A model generated the notes under the pieces. That model was given only the letters and a program-made list of their open reading frames with translations. It made no database searches and had not been told where the DNA came from. DNA of 64,000 nt from the human T2T-CHM13v2.0 reference genome, Homo sapiens: NCBI RefSeq assembly GCF_009914755.1, contig NC_060934.1; one strand, given 5' to 3'. Positions 12,329 to 26,137 of this stretch are shown piece after piece. How positions within the stretch are numbered: position 1 is the first letter of the stretch; the number at the start of each line of letters is the position of its first letter. A program made the translations under genes and the position numbers.

Positions 12329-12809
12329 TGTAGGATATCGATCTGGGTGGTGGGAAAAGTTATAAGAAAAGTTATAGGGAAAGACACAAACCTTCTTTGA
12401 AGGCTGGGAGGTTTTGCAAAGATTTGGGAGAGAATAAAAGCTGAAGGAGGCTAATTCTTTTACCTTGAGGCTGAGGGCAAGAAGTAGGTAACAAGGGAGT
12501 GTAAAGGAGTTTATCTAGATACATTTGTTTACTTATGTTGTCCGGAAACTGACCTTTGATCATCCCCGTGCAAGACTACTCCCTGGGAGGGGGGACGGCA
12601 ATGTTAATTATCCACAGGTTGTGTTGGCTCCAAGCCTTTGTCATTAAATCTGTACTGAATAAATACAAGTGGCTCTGGCTTATGGAGACTGCTAACTTTC
12701 TTCGGCCCCTAGTGCCGGCAGTCCCCTAGCCTGCTCTTTCACTGGATACCTGTGTCTGAATACTGCTTTCATCTGTCGCTCGGTCAGGGTCTGTGGAATG
12801 GACCCGGCA
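12329..12809 (+). mobile_element. LTR22 (HERV-K HML-5) solo LTR
   Basis: 'tgtaggatatcgatctgggtggtgggaaaagttataagaaaagttatagggaaagac...cagggtctgtggaatggacccggca'; TG...CA ends; 6-bp TSD acaaaa/actaaa. Confidence 0.85.
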
Positions 12810-13474
12810 ACTAAATATAGTAATATAAATTTAATTTAATGTACATTTATTTTCTATCTAAAATAGGGGCAGCTTAATAATGAGAGAACTTCATCATGCA
12901 AGTTTATAAGGGTTTTTTTTGTCCAAGTTTCCATAGGTGTATGCAACCTTAAAAGTCTGATGTGCCTTTAGAGTCTATTGGTATTAATACATGAAGACCA
13001 TTTCCTCATGCAGCAAGCCACCCTGGGACCTGAGACATGATAACTGAAAACTTTACACAGAAGATAAAGACCAATGGCTTAGTTTTTTGAGGAAGGTAAC
13101 ACAGAAGGAATAAGAACATTAAGAGCCAAAAAGAAAAATAATTTAATGAAAGTAGGCAAGTGAAACTAAACTGACTACTCTCAATTTACATGTTTTGAGA
13201 CAACTGACTCTTCTAAGGTTGAAGTCAATTGTCTTGTCTCCTTGGAAACAAGATGTCTCCTGGATAAAGCCCTCTCCCCTCTCAGGCTAAATTCAATAAC
13301 CCTTGCTCTAGCTCCATTATCACCATATGTATGTATTTATCAGAAAAATTTCAAACTTTCTTGCCATTTAAAATGGTGGACAGAGGCAATATCTTTAGTT
13401 TTGGAATGTCGAGAATCTTTAACGAGGTATGGAGAATTGTAGATGCTTAGTAAGCAGTCATAATAATAATAACA

Positions 13475-16400
13475 TGGGTCATTTGTGTATCTCTTTGGTG
13501 AAATACATAATCAACTATTTTGCCCATTTTTAAATTTTTTCTTCTCTATTGAATGGTGAAAATTTTTGTGTATTCTGGATACAACTTATTTACCAGATAT
13601 ACGATTGGAAAATATTTTCTCCTAGTTTTTCACTCATATTTTCATTTTCATAATGATGTCATTCGAGATGCAGAAGTTTCAAATTTTGGTATAGTGCAGT
13701 TTATCAATTTTTGTCCTATAAGAATTATTATTTTGGTATTACATATAAGAATTATTTGCCTTATCCAAGGCCAAAAAATTTATTTCTCTCTTTTTTCCAG
13801 ATGCTTTTGTTTGTTTGTTTTTATGGTTATAGCTCTTATATTTAGGTCTTTGATCCACTTTTAATAAATTTTCTATATAATGTTAGGTAGAGGTGCAAGG
13901 TTCCCCCCTTTTTTCTAATAAAAAATATTTCAATGGGGATATATAATTTTTCCAGCAGCATTTGTGAAATGACTATTCTTTTCCTATTGAATTGTCTTTG
14001 CACTTTCGTCAAAAGTCAGTTGACCATAAATATAAAGTTGATTTCTGGACTTTTAATTCTGTTCATAATCTATACTCTTCTCTTAGTGTCAATGCCAAAT
14101 GGCATTGATTACTATGGATTTATTGTTCTTACTTCTTCTTCTCATTTTATGTATCATGAGTATCATTTCAAGTCAATGTTCATGCTTTTGAATAATTTAA
14201 GGAATCTTCCTCATACTTTGTAATAATAAACATAATTAATGAATAATGCTTTTCAACTGGTCCCTTATGGATTCATAAAGATTGCCTCCTATGCTGTATT
14301 ATAAAAGCTTTGTTTGGCTATTCACATGTAATCTATAAATTATTTGGAATGAATTTTTGTAGTATAAATGGGAGGTACAATAATTTTCATATCAGTACTT
14401 AAATGCCTCTGCATAAATTACTCGAAAAGACTATAGGTTACTCACTGTTCTGTAGTGCAATCTATGCCATAAATCTATTTTTTTAGACCTTCTTAAAGAT
14501 TTTCATTAAATTTTTATACTTTTATTTTTTCTACTCAAGTACACCTTTGTCAAATTTATTACTATGTACTTGATATTTTTCATATACTGTAAATTATATC
14601 TTTTTCTTTGTAGTGTGTTTCTGAATGTTGTACTAGAAACCAGGAGGTTTGCTCAACTTTCCAATTAATTCTAAAAAATTAATGTTTAGAGTCTATTGAA
14701 TTTTTAAACACACACACAAAATCCTATTGTCTATAAACATTTAGAGATTTTCTATTTGCAATATTTATACTTTAATTTATTTTAGTTCTTTACAGCATTT
14801 TCCAATATTGAATAGAAGTAGTAATTTTGGGTCTTTCTTTTGTCCCTATTTGTACAGAGAAAATATTTTAATGTTTCACTTTCAGTATGATGATTCTAAA
14901 ATTTTTTGTTTTGTTATGTTTTTGCTTCTCTGTTTATTGTTGAAAAAAATCTTTGTTTAATTAAGTAAGCTCCACTCTATTTGTATAGTAACACAAATTT
15001 TATAAGATAATTTTTTCTAAAACTACTGAGATACTCAAATGATTTTTCTTCTTTAGCTTGTTAATGGGATGCAACATGTTGATTGGCTTTTTTAGGATTG
15101 ACCTTGGTAATGTTGAATTCTCTTTCTATATTGGTTCATTATGCTTACTCATATTTTATTTAGAATTTTGTATCTGGTATCTTTTAGTTTATCTGTAATT
15201 TTCTTTGCCTGTACTGATGTTCTCAGTTTTAATATCAAAGTTATAATTACCATTTAAATTGATTTAAGGGGTGTTTCCTCATTCCAGTCTCTGGAATAAT
15301 TTATTTAAGATTTGAAATATGGTTTCTTCAAATATTTGGTAAGTTTTCCCAATGAAAACATTAAGTCACAAAATTTTCACAATGGTAAAATATAAAATTA
15401 CTAATTTCTTTTCTGTATTAAATATATAATTACATAAGTTTTCTATATTGCTTGTTTTATATGTGTTGTTAAAAGCTTTGTCAATTTTATTTAGTTTTTC
15501 ATTTTAGCTGAAATAAATTCGTTCACAATATCTTATTGTCTTATTTTCTGCTGGGCCTAAAGTGAATCAATAAAATTTTCTTATTCATTCCTGATATCAG
15601 TGATAAGATTTCTCTTTCTCTTTTTCTTTTTCTCTGTCTCATTAGTCTTGCCAGAGTTTTATCAATTTTACTGGTCTTTTCAAAAAATTAATAGTTTACT
15701 TTGTTGATCCTCTCTTTTGTATTTTTATTTTGCTTTTTATTTATTTATGCTTTATTCTTTATTATTTGTACATTTTTACTTACTTTGGATCCTTTTATTT
15801 TTATTTTCTTTTTATTGAACTTTGCCTAACTTCTTGGGGTGGATATTTGACTCATTAATCTTCAATGTTTCTTCTTTTGTAATATACTCACTTAACAAAG
15901 TTCTTCAAGAAATTGTTTTTCTGTATCTTACAAACAATGTATGGATTGTTTTCATTGTCATTTACTTCAAATATTTATTTTTTTGCAGCTTCTTTGAAAT
16001 GTGTATTATTTAGAATTGTATTTTTTAGATTTTAATTATTTGGAGATTTCTTAGTTTTATTTTTTATTCATTTTTAATGCAGTTGTACTGCAGTTAGAGA
16101 GTATATTCTGTATGATTTCAGTGCTTAACCATATGTTGAGGTTTGGTTTATAGACCTGCAATTAGTCACTTTTTATCAGTGGCCCATATGTGCTTGAAGA
16201 AAACATATTCTGCAAATTTTGGTTTTACTCAAATCTTCCTTGCCCTTTCTTATTTTTTTCAACTTTTTCTTCTGTAACTGGAATGCACAGTTACGTAAGT
16301 TTCAATTCTCCTTCAATGATTGTTAATATGGCTACTTCTTTCTGGTTTCTCTTTATCTTTGTTTCATATGATTTGAAGCCATATATTGGATGCATATATA

Positions 16401-16490
16401 TTTTGATTTGATGTATTTTCTTGGTACTTTATAAATTAAACTTTTTATTCTTGTGAAAAAGCCTCTTTTATCTCTTAAAATGCTTTTTAA
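13475..16490 (-). mobile_element. Degraded ancient L1M (ORF2/3' region) fragments
   Basis: T-rich antisense L1 motifs such as 'tattctggatacaa', 'ttttccagcagcatttgtgaa', 'attgaattgtctttgcactttcgtcaaaa' and 'ctggtcttttcaaaaaa'. Confidence 0.75.
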
Positions 16491-16663
16491 TCTTTCTTTC
16501 TGAAAGGAAAACAAAATCTGAAATTGATCTCCATGTGCAAAACTAAGTCACACCATCATCTCTGTAGGTAACTTTTCTCCTCTACTTTATATGCTATTTT
16601 ATTGACAATGACAGCATTCCACATTCATTATTTTTCTTTATATATATATATATGTGTGTGTGT

Positions 16664-16829
16664 TTTTGTTTTTTTTTTTTTTTGAGACAGGGTCTCACTC
16701 TGTCACCCAGGCTGGAGTGCAGTGGTGCAATCATAGATCACTGTAACCTTGAATTCTTGGCCACAAATAATCTTCTGCCTTGGCCTCCAAAAGCACTAGA
16801 ATTACAGGCATGAGCCACCATGTCTGGCC
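16664..16829 (-). mobile_element. Alu monomer (FRAM/AluJ-like), preceded by a (TA)n(TG)n run
   Basis: 'gagacagggtctcactctgtcacccaggctggagtgcagtgg...gagccaccatgtctggcc' within about 150 bp, i.e. a single monomer. Confidence 0.88.
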
Positions 16830-18100
16830 ACAGTCCTTTTTGTTGTTGTTGTTCCTTCTCACTTATGGCACTGAGTGGTAAGCTTTCTATCTTCTCTAAC
16901 AAAACTATTACAACACAGCAAGCATACATGGCAAAAGGACCATAGAATCTCATGATTTTACTCATTCCTATGATTAGAACTTATATAAGCTAATGGGAAG
17001 CTAAGAAGTAATTTGTAATAGTAAGTAATTTGTCTCTTGTGGATTAGCAGTCTAAATTATATTTTGTACTATGATCTCCTGGTGATAGTTTTAAAAAATC
17101 CGTATGTTCACCAAGGAATATGTTATTTGGAATGTATTCTGTCTTTCTCCTAGCTCATCAGAAATACAGGGCATTGTCTAAAATTCCTGTGATGGTTCTT
17201 GTCATTAATGAGACTTGTCTATGGGTATCCCTAATAATGTTTGTGTTGATTAAATTATCTGGCCTGATTGTTTAACCTAATGAGAAAAGCTACTTTTTAA
17301 AATGCGACTAGACTTCATATTTTAAAAGAGTCCCAGCCAGTAAAAGTTTCCCTAACTGGAAAATAAATATGTATCATTTTTATTGGAAAAAGTAAGTTAA
17401 AAAATATGAAATGCAGAGACACTGCCCAAATATTGTCAAGGCTTCACGGGACAGAAACAATCTCTAGCTTCACCCACAATTTAATTATTCTATGCCCAAT
17501 TGACTTTTTATTTTTCTTCTCCCCAACTCTATCAACATTTTTTAAGATATGAAATGAACAGAGTTAGTGGGACTAATACTGAATTTCTGTGACTTGGCAT
17601 TTAGCAATCATGACTGTGTTTGCTTCACTGATTTTAAGTAATCTTAATATATATAAATCAGAATGTACACCTGACATGAATCTAAAGATTTGTTAGGAAA
17701 CCTGCAGAGAGGTCCTTATTGAATCTAAGAATTCATGGCAAGTGGAAAACATACATTCTGAAAGCAGAAAATAGCCTATTCAGGTTGAATTAATCTTGTC
17801 ACTAACTTATTAGACCAGTTTCCTTAAAGTAATACGAAATATGAAATAGCAAATCTTGGGAATTTTTAAACAATTTTTTGTTATAGCAATGAGTCATGTT
17901 GGTTGAAAAATACATGGAAAAAATCACTATAAAAATCAGAGGCAGGTACTGCTGTTCACTTTTTGGTATTTTTTATTTTAATCTTAGTTTTATTACTGTG
18001 TATATATGCATAATTTTAACCATCTCTAAAACTTTAAATCTTTTATAACAATGTCTCATTTATTACATTTATCATCAAAATATATATATATATATATATA

Positions 18101-18390
18101 TTTTTTTTTGAGATGGAGTCTCGCTCTGTCACCCAGGCTAGAGTGCAGTACCGCAATCTCGGCTCACTGCAAGCTCTGACTCCCAGGTTCACACCATTCT
18201 CCTGCCTCAGCCTCCCAAGTAGCTGGCACTACAGGCGCCCACCACCATGCCTGGCTAATTTTTTATATTTTTAGTAGAGAAGGGGTTTCGCCGTGTTAGC
18301 CAGAATGGTCTTGATCTCCTGACCTCATGATCTGCCCACCTCGGCCTCCCAAAGTGCTGGGATTACAGGCGTGAGCCACCGCGACTGGCC
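18101..18390 (-). mobile_element. AluY-like element with adjacent (TA)n at 18080-18100
   Basis: Diagnostic 'gcaagctc...ggttcacaccattctcc' and 'cgtgttagccagaatggtcttgatctcctgacctcatgatc'. Confidence 0.93.
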
Positions 18391-18779
18391 TAACATATTT
18401 TTAAAACCTGCAGAATGTTTGTATTACTTTTGTCATAGTACATAACATTTAAATGGATTTCTTGTTTGTGTATGTGTGTATATTCATTCACAACACTGAT
18501 AGTTTTTCTGAATATTTCCTTTGGATTTTATTCTTTTCTCATTCAACTAAATAAGAACCTGCACCATCTTTTTCTAGTGTAAAAATTACAATATCTGAAG
18601 TGAAACTACTAGAATAAATCTTGTGACAATTCTTAAGGATTATCTTTTAGTTGGTATGGTTTCCAAAAAAGATTGTACTAAGTTTTACTCCCAGTGGAAA
18701 TATTTAAAGGCAATACTTCCATTTCTTTTTTACAGAATAGAATCCAATTATTCTTTTTCATCCCATTGTTGTATACAGA

Positions 18780-19760
18780 CTTTATTTCATTTACTTGTAG
18801 ATCAAAGGTTTTTTGGTTTCCTATCTTTTGGACACTGTTTTGGGTACTAGAGAGAGCATGAGTAGCTAAGTTTCTGAAATTTACAGTGAATGGAAAAAGA
18901 TAGGCATAAATGAAACAATCACAAAAATAAATGTAACAGCTACAGTTACAGTTGTAAAACTGTGGTCAGTGCTATGGAGGAGTGTACAAGGTGATATGAG
19001 AGATCATAATAGGGAAGTTAAATCTCTGGTTCATGTAAAACTGCCATGGACACACTCTCAGTGAACTTAGAGCTAAAAGAGGAGTAATAGCCATTAGACA
19101 CAAAAAAGCAGATAGAAAATGTTCTGGGAAGAATAATGTCTATAAAGGATCTGGGGTAGGAGAGAGCATTGTTCTTTGGTGATATGAGATTGGAGGGATA
19201 GGTGAATATAAAACATAAGCATAAAAACTAGATAGTATTTAAATCCTTTCCTTGGATCTTAATGAGAAGCACTAAAGAGATTTAAATAGAGAATGACAAC
19301 ACGTAATTTGGCTTTTAAACAAAGTTATGTTTTTTAATGCAGAAAATAAATTGGAATGAAGCCCATGTGAATGCATGGAGACAAGGTGAAAAGGTAGATG
19401 AGAAAAAAGTTGGAAATATTTGCAGGTACATTTGACAGGACCAGGAGATGTCTTGGGCATTCATGATGATGGAAGAGTGGTCAATAATGACTCTATTTTC
19501 TAGCTTGTATCATGAGATGAATGGAGACCCGTAGAAGAATAAGTTTTGTGAGTGACTGGGTCATGTAATATATTTTGGATTTGTTAAATGTGAACTACTT
19601 TTAAGAAACTGTGGGGAAAAACTTCGTTTTGTTTACATCCATGAATCATTTGAAGCACGAAAAATAATTCTCAGCTGAAGATACAAATATGAGGGCCCTG
19701 GGTGTATAACTGAAGGCACGAGTATAAATGGGATTATTTAGGGAGGGCTTAAAAGTGGAT
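18780..19760 (-). mobile_element. L2 fragment
   Basis: 'cactgttttgggtactagag...aaacaatcacaaaaataaatg...gtgctatggagg...gtcaataatgactc' matches the reverse complement of the L2 3' region. Confidence 0.65.
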
Positions 19761-21783
19761 AGAGAGTAAATTCACAGACTATAGGTACAAAATAATCACC
19801 AATGACAATATATTATGCAGCTTAAGACCAATTGTATGTATTTTCCTGACAATGTCTTTTAGAGCCTGTGACTAGTTTTCTCCTGAAGATGTGGTGATCT
19901 TCTTATCAATTTTTAAGAGTACTTAAATGTTTTAACAATTATATTTAACTCAAAATTAGTTTCCAACTTGTTTTCCTTTAATTATAATTTAAAGTGTATA
20001 TTTTATGTGTACGAATATTAAAAATTTATGAAGTCATATCTATTGCCTTTGTCTCTTATTACTTTACCAATGCTTACAAAAACTTTCCTCATTAATGCTT
20101 ATATAAATCTTCTTTTTTATTGCAAATTTTTCCATTCTTCTGGTTTGTAAAATGCCTAAAGTAAAATGTGTATCTGAATTAATTAATCGTTAAATGTCTT
20201 TTCAATTTTCTCAACCCAATATATTGGACAATTCACCTCTTACTCCCAGAGTTTTATCTCTACATATTATTCCTATGAAGCTTTTACACATGCTGAGACT
20301 AAATGGTCTGTTCTATGTCATTGATTCTATTTGCCTAGTTGTCTATTTACCTTGTAGTTTTGAGGTAATTAATGGTCCTTTAAACTGTGTGGTGTTTGTG
20401 TGTGTGTATTTAAATTTTCTCAATGCTATTTTTAGTAAAGGTAGATTAAATGTGACAAATAACTACCCAAATGGAAACAGTTGAGGTAACTTGATGAATT
20501 GACTATAGTTATAGTCTTTTAACATACCTATTAATTATTTATAGAAAGCAAAATTAAAATAAGCTAGAAAGAGAAGATTAAATAAAGAGAGTAACATACT
20601 GGAAAATATTTACCAGATATTTAACATTATCATAAATAATTTAAGTATTCTGAAAACCAAGCAGAGGGAGCTTTGTTTATCTGAAATTTTTGGAGAACAT
20701 TTATGAACTGGATTTATAAATAGATTTGCTAACTGGTACTTTGTAACTTCTAAAAAGCAGACTAGTTTATTTTCCAAAATAAGTGAGTTCTTTAAATGAC
20801 TCACGACCAATTTAGACTTATATTGAAGAAACATCTAGAAACAAATACTTTCCAATTTTTTAAAAATTGACTTTGGTGTCATGAACTTAATGTTTATTAA
20901 TTAATATTCAGAATATTCTAACATTTTAAAGATGACAATACAATTTACTTTATATACAGCAGTTTGGTAAAGAAAACAACAAATAATCAATTTAAGTGAA
21001 ATAACCCATTTTGAATATGTATTTTAATTAACTCGTCAGAGATGTTAATTGGCTTTCTATTATTTTGGACAGTTGTGGTGCTTTGATAAGCTCAGTTTTT
21101 CTTCTTTACTTTTATCTACTTTAGCATGAATTAATTTTTATATTTTATAGATATGTAAAATTTTACATACTTTATTAATTTTAATAAAGTAAAACATAAT
21201 TCATGCTAAGAAAATTAAGTTTATAAAACAACTGACAATGAACAGTTTAGCATAGCCTTCAATCTCACTCAGACTATATTCTCTCTTTATTTCATTTTAA
21301 AATCCAGTTATTTCAAACTGGAACTGTGTTGTAGAAGAGAGCTTTAATATTACTTTTTATTGTTTCTTAATATTTCTAACTATTCTATCTTCAAGATATC
21401 CAAAGAGAAAGGAATTTCCACAGTGTATAATTATTTATTTTCATGTTTAAAATCTTAGAAATCACTCCCCAATATTATATATAAAAGAAATACTATTAGA
21501 AAGGAATATTTTTAAAACTTGTTTCTAAAGAGTGAAGTTTTGCTTCACTCTTTAATGATGGACAAGAACGCCTTCCCTAAACTTGTAATGTGGCTGCCGC
21601 TACTTATAGAAGCCTGGTGATAATTGCCCTATGGGCCTTTTATGTAAGATGAATCAAAACTTGCAAATATATAATTGCTGAATTAAACACTCACCTTAAA
21701 GGAACTGTTCCAGAATATAACAGAAAATCAGTCAATCTCTTTATGCAGGTTCCTTGATTTTAGCAATTTTCAAACAGATATGA

Positions 21784-21863
21784 TTAGGTTGGTGCAAAAG
21801 TAGTTGCAATTTTTGCCACTGAAAGTAATGATCAAAATCGCAGTCACTTTTGCACCAACCTAA
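21784..21863. mobile_element. MADE1 (Hsmar1-derived MITE), miR-548-type palindrome
   Basis: 80 bp with TIRs ttaggttggtgcaaaagt / acttttgcaccaacctaa (18-bp perfect termini). Confidence 0.95.
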
Positions 21864-22689
21864 CAGAAGTTTTAATTGGCGTGCAATCACTTGTAGAGTG
21901 CCTTGAATAATATAAGCATCCATACTCTAGCCTGAATCTCTTAAATTGGAACCTGTGAAAATGGAACCAGGTGACTATAATTTCTTTAAAACACTGTGGA
22001 AAGATGATCTTAATGCAAGGCAGTGATTAACACAAGAAAATGAGCAGTAGAATACAACTAAGAATTCATTACTTACTACTATTTTACAACTCTAATGGAA
22101 AATGACCTACGATTTTATTAGAAAGGTTTAGAAGAAACTAAGCAGAAGGATTGTGAAGAAATCAGCATGATAGAAAGAGCTCTGGACTGAAGGTTAGAGG
22201 ACATCAGGCATTTTTTTCCTTGGAATGTCTGAGTCTCACTTGGACTCTGTACCCCAGTCAATAAACACAAGAGTGTACCGGGTAATAGTAACAGACATGT
22301 GCTTGCTTTCTGACAACCACTTTTCCTTTCATTTTCCCATTATTTCTATACCTCTTTTTAATAATCCATATGGTCCTGGATTAGTTGACCCCATTACCAG
22401 GCCAAAGGACTCAGACTTTCAAAGTCAATCAGTATATCCCATCTCTCCTGTCTACAGGTATGAGTGCAATGCTCAAATCAAATGATTTTGAGTAAATATT
22501 AAAATTTTGCTCATTTGAAAAGGACATGTAGGCACCATTCATACCTGATAGGCCCCCACACCAGTACTAAAAACCAAAATATTAACTCTGACTTTTGATT
22601 GGAATTATTCAACACTTAAAGTCTAATACTCTGAGGCTGTAAATAATTCTTCCTACATCCTATATGCCTCTGATTTTATTCAAAACTGT

Positions 22690-22985
22690 CTTTTGTTTTG
22701 CCTGGGATGTCAAGCCAACCGTAAGTATGCCCCAGGATATCCCTAAACTAATGATGGCCTGGTATTGGGGTAGCAAAGGATAGTCTCAAGCTCTGACCAA
22801 TTCGTTGGGGCAGTTTGTACTCCTGAGTTGCCATTGGATCAGGCTGAGGCTAGTCTTCAACTGAGACCACACTTTTGCTTATGTCTTTTCTTTGGCCTGT
22901 CCTATTATCTCACTTCCCCCTTCCAGAAAACTCTTCCTCCATAAATCATGTGAGTAAGAATGTACCTCTCAGCTTCTAGGTAACC
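22690..22985 (+). mobile_element. LTR16-like ERVL LTR fragment
   Basis: 'gggcagtttgtactcctgag...ggatcaggctgaggctagtcttcaactgagaccacac...ataaatcatgtg'. Confidence 0.6.
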
Positions 22986-23123
22986 CTTGTTCCCTGCCTT
23001 TTCCCCTGGTGCTGCAGTCTCTGCCTCAGGAACATGCCAACTTCCCCAATCTCTTGAGAACGGGAACCATCCCTTGCACTTAACATTTTCTCTTTAAAGG
23101 CCTGCAGTTCAGATGCTTGCAAC

Positions 23124-23423
23124 TTTTTTTTTTTTTTTTTTGAGACAAAGTCTTGCTCTGTCGGCCAGGTTGGAGTGCAGTAGGATGATCTCAGCTCACT
23201 GCAACCTCCGTCTCCCAGACTCAAGTAAATCTCCTGCCTCAGCCTCCCGAGTAGCTTGTATTACAGGGATGTGCCACCACACCCAGATAATTTTTGTATT
23301 TTTAGTAGAGATGGGGTTTCACCATGTTAGCCAGGATGGTCTCGATCTCCTGACCTCAGGTAATCTGCCTGTCTTGGCCTCCCAAAGTGCTGGGATTACA
23401 GGCGTGGGCCGCCGTGTCTGGCC
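23124..23423 (-). mobile_element. AluS-like element
   Basis: Full reverse Alu with poly(T) at 23124-23141; TSD 'tgcaactt'. Confidence 0.95.
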
Positions 23424-24427
23424 TGATGCAACTTACTCTCCACCACCATGCTTTTCCTTGTCTCTCTAAAAAGCTTTGTTTCTGGATTCTGTCATTAGTT
23501 GATATTTGTTTTGCGTCATGATTTTGGAAGATGGGGGAATCGACTAAGATAGGCTTACTTAAATGGAACAGATTTTTTGGAACATTTCAAATACCAGCAT
23601 GTTCTCGTGAAAAATTTCTGTGTCTGTAATATAAAAATGATTGCAGATATAGAGATAAAGCCATAGAACTTTACATATGCATAAATTGCTAGGTCTGTAT
23701 CTCTATTAATTTATCCATTTTCCAACTATAGATTGTATGTGAGGGGTGGTGTTTTCCTTCTACTTGTCTTTCTAAGGACTATATATTAGGATCATGCCAA
23801 AGGCATGCCTGTCTCCTGGATGACACCTTTGTTTAAATTACAATGCCTCTTCTTATAGTTAGAAAGTACCGAGAGCAATTACCCTTCTGGGTGTCTTCTT
23901 TTTTTATTTTCTCATTTTGTTTGTGTTCTTTTCTCTGCAAAACATAAGGATACAGATCTATCACATAACATCATACTGTGTAGCTTCAGCTGCTCTTTCT
24001 TCTGCTTTTACTTTATTTGAATCTAGGATCTAAGATATCTCTAGGAAGTAAATTTAAGATCAATATAAGCAATAGCTAGCCAGTACAGTTTTTCCAAATT
24101 GAAACAATTTGTGTGAGGGAGTAGATAGGAAAATAAGCCAACATTCGAGTGAAATACAATAAAAGAGGTTAAGTCATTGACCGCAGTGGAATAGATAACC
24201 CTAATGTTTCTTCCTACTCTGAGATTTTTTTATTTTCTAAAATAATAGAGAGTAAAATAGTGAAGATTCCAAGTGTTAAAGCATTGCTCTTTTCAAGTTA
24301 AATAAAGTCTAAACATTTTCATCTTTTATGTCCCTGACAAAGGAGAGGATTTGTTGACATTTAAGTTTGACCCAAATTTCTTACATCTTTTTTTATTTCT
24401 CTTGTGTTAATTTTTTTTTTTTTTTAG

Positions 24428-24500
24428 ATCACATCAGTTTCAAGAGGAACCCAGAATGTTTCTGATTACTTTTTACTCAAGAAATGATGTTTTGAAAGAG
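24428..24500 (+). other. Candidate exon (probably non-coding)
   Basis: Long pyrimidine tract plus 'ttttag|A' acceptor; weak donor GAG|gtagtc. Confidence 0.25.
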
Positions 24501-25129
24501 GTAGTCAGGGTCTTGAAAGATCTTATAGGCCTTTTTACTAATCCTGTTGGAGTGTTTTTTTAAGACCAAAATTTACATTTCATCAGTCTTCCTTGAAATA
24601 AAATTATTATTGTTGCTAAAGTAACATTTTAATATCTGTAAAAAATCTACATTCCATATGGTTAGCTCATCCATTTTTGTTTAAGCCATAGTTATTTCAA
24701 CAATTATTTTTCTTTTTTACAATTAGCAAAAGAGAGACAGATTAAGTAACTTTGCGAAAAGCCACAGTAAGGTGATAATAAACTAAAGAATCAAATTGAC
24801 CACTTTCAGTTACCAATCATGTTACTCTCTAGGATTAAAATGTGAAAACTAAAATTCATGTAAGTTTTAAATTAGGCAAAAGAAACATATAGTGTATTTC
24901 TACATATAGACAGGTAACATTTAATTATTTTGTGGTGTGAAATTTCTGAAGTTTAATTTCCACTTTTCACTATATTGGCCCAGTATTTTTTTCTATAAAG
25001 GAATATATAGAATACCTAAGAAAATTGTACCCTCAAGATGTATCAAACCAAAGAATTTTTAAAAGAAAAATCCTATAGGCATAACATTACTTATAGCCAA
25101 AGTATTATAGTAATAGAAATAACACGAGA

Positions 25130-25320
25130 TATTTTTCATTATTTTATAGCTTAAAAAGTTATTTTACTTGTTCCATAAAACGACCTGTGATATAGGTATT
25201 CTTTTTCTTCTCACCTTTTATAGATTTGAATAAAAAAAAAACCTTAGACTGGTTAAGAGACTGGCATGAAATCACATAAAATCACTCTCAAATTCAAGTT
25301 TTCTCATTTATCTGTGCATT
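25130..25320 (-). mobile_element. MIR fragment
   Basis: 'acctgtgatataggtattc...cttttatagat...ggttaagagactggcatgaaatcaca'. Confidence 0.5.
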
Positions 25321-25619
25321 CACCCATCGTCAGGATTCATATACTGCAAGACTGTAATATGTATCTCACTAAGAAAGATGGCCGAAGATCTTAGTGTGAC
25401 TTAGATAAGAACAATAATTAGTAGGCAAAATTTGTAATACTAGTATTTTCACAATAGAATGAAGAGGGTATTACATGCATGGTCAATATCAGAGGGCTCT
25501 AGATCAATAAAGAGGTATTGTATGAAGGGTCTCTTTGAATAAGAACTAATAAAATAGTCAGTGTGATTAAAAATGAAAACATTAATAGATCTTTTTAATA
25601 GCAGCAACTACTAACTGGG

Positions 25620-26135
25620 GAAAATTAAACATTTGATAATAACAAAATAATTTTTAAAACACCTATAAGTTAATCTTCAAAGACATGTCCAAAAACCATT
25701 TAAAGAAAAATATGAAAGATTAATGATAAATGTAAGATGTTAATAAATGGTAAGACCTGCCTTCTTTTTGGTGGCAATGTCTCAATATAAAAAATATGCC
25801 AAGTCTCCCTAAATGTATTACTTAAATTTAAACAATCAAAATCTCAACCAGATTTCTCAAGAATTTGACAAATTAAATTTTATCATATATGTAAAATATT
25901 TACGTATATCTGAACAATTGGTGGGAAATGAAACAATGGTCACAGGGTCTTATAAGAAAACTAAACACACTATAAGCAGTGCAAAAATATAAAAGATGTA
26001 TAAATGAAGTAGAACTCTTCCTTATATTTTCACGAAGTTCACCTTTAATTAAAGAACAAAGTATACAAAAATAGAAACTTATACATACGAGAAATTGATA
26101 ACATTGCAGTGCTGGAAGTTTCTGTAACATAAAAA
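25620..26135 (+). mobile_element. L1ME-like ORF2 fragment
   Basis: 'tctcaatataaaaaatatgccaagtctccctaaatgtattacttaaatttaa...gaatttgacaaattaaattttatcatatatg'. Confidence 0.6.
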
Positions 26136-26137
26136 TA

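Noticed and set aside
13553-16411. Several hydrophobic plus-strand ORFs resembling membrane proteins
   Set aside because: They lie in T-rich antisense L1M sequence, which generates F/L/I-rich pseudo-ORFs
17890-17898. Perfect AP-1 site ATGAGTCAT (also TGAGTCA at 3781 and 49519)
   Set aside because: Isolated 7-9-mers are expected by chance in 64 kb; no supporting context
23113-23469. 118-aa ORF (likewise 59710-60036, 51618-52291, 2151-2353, 16738-16965, 34890-35196)
   Set aside because: Translations of Alu sequence (e.g. [20 protein letters not shown]), a classic annotation artefact
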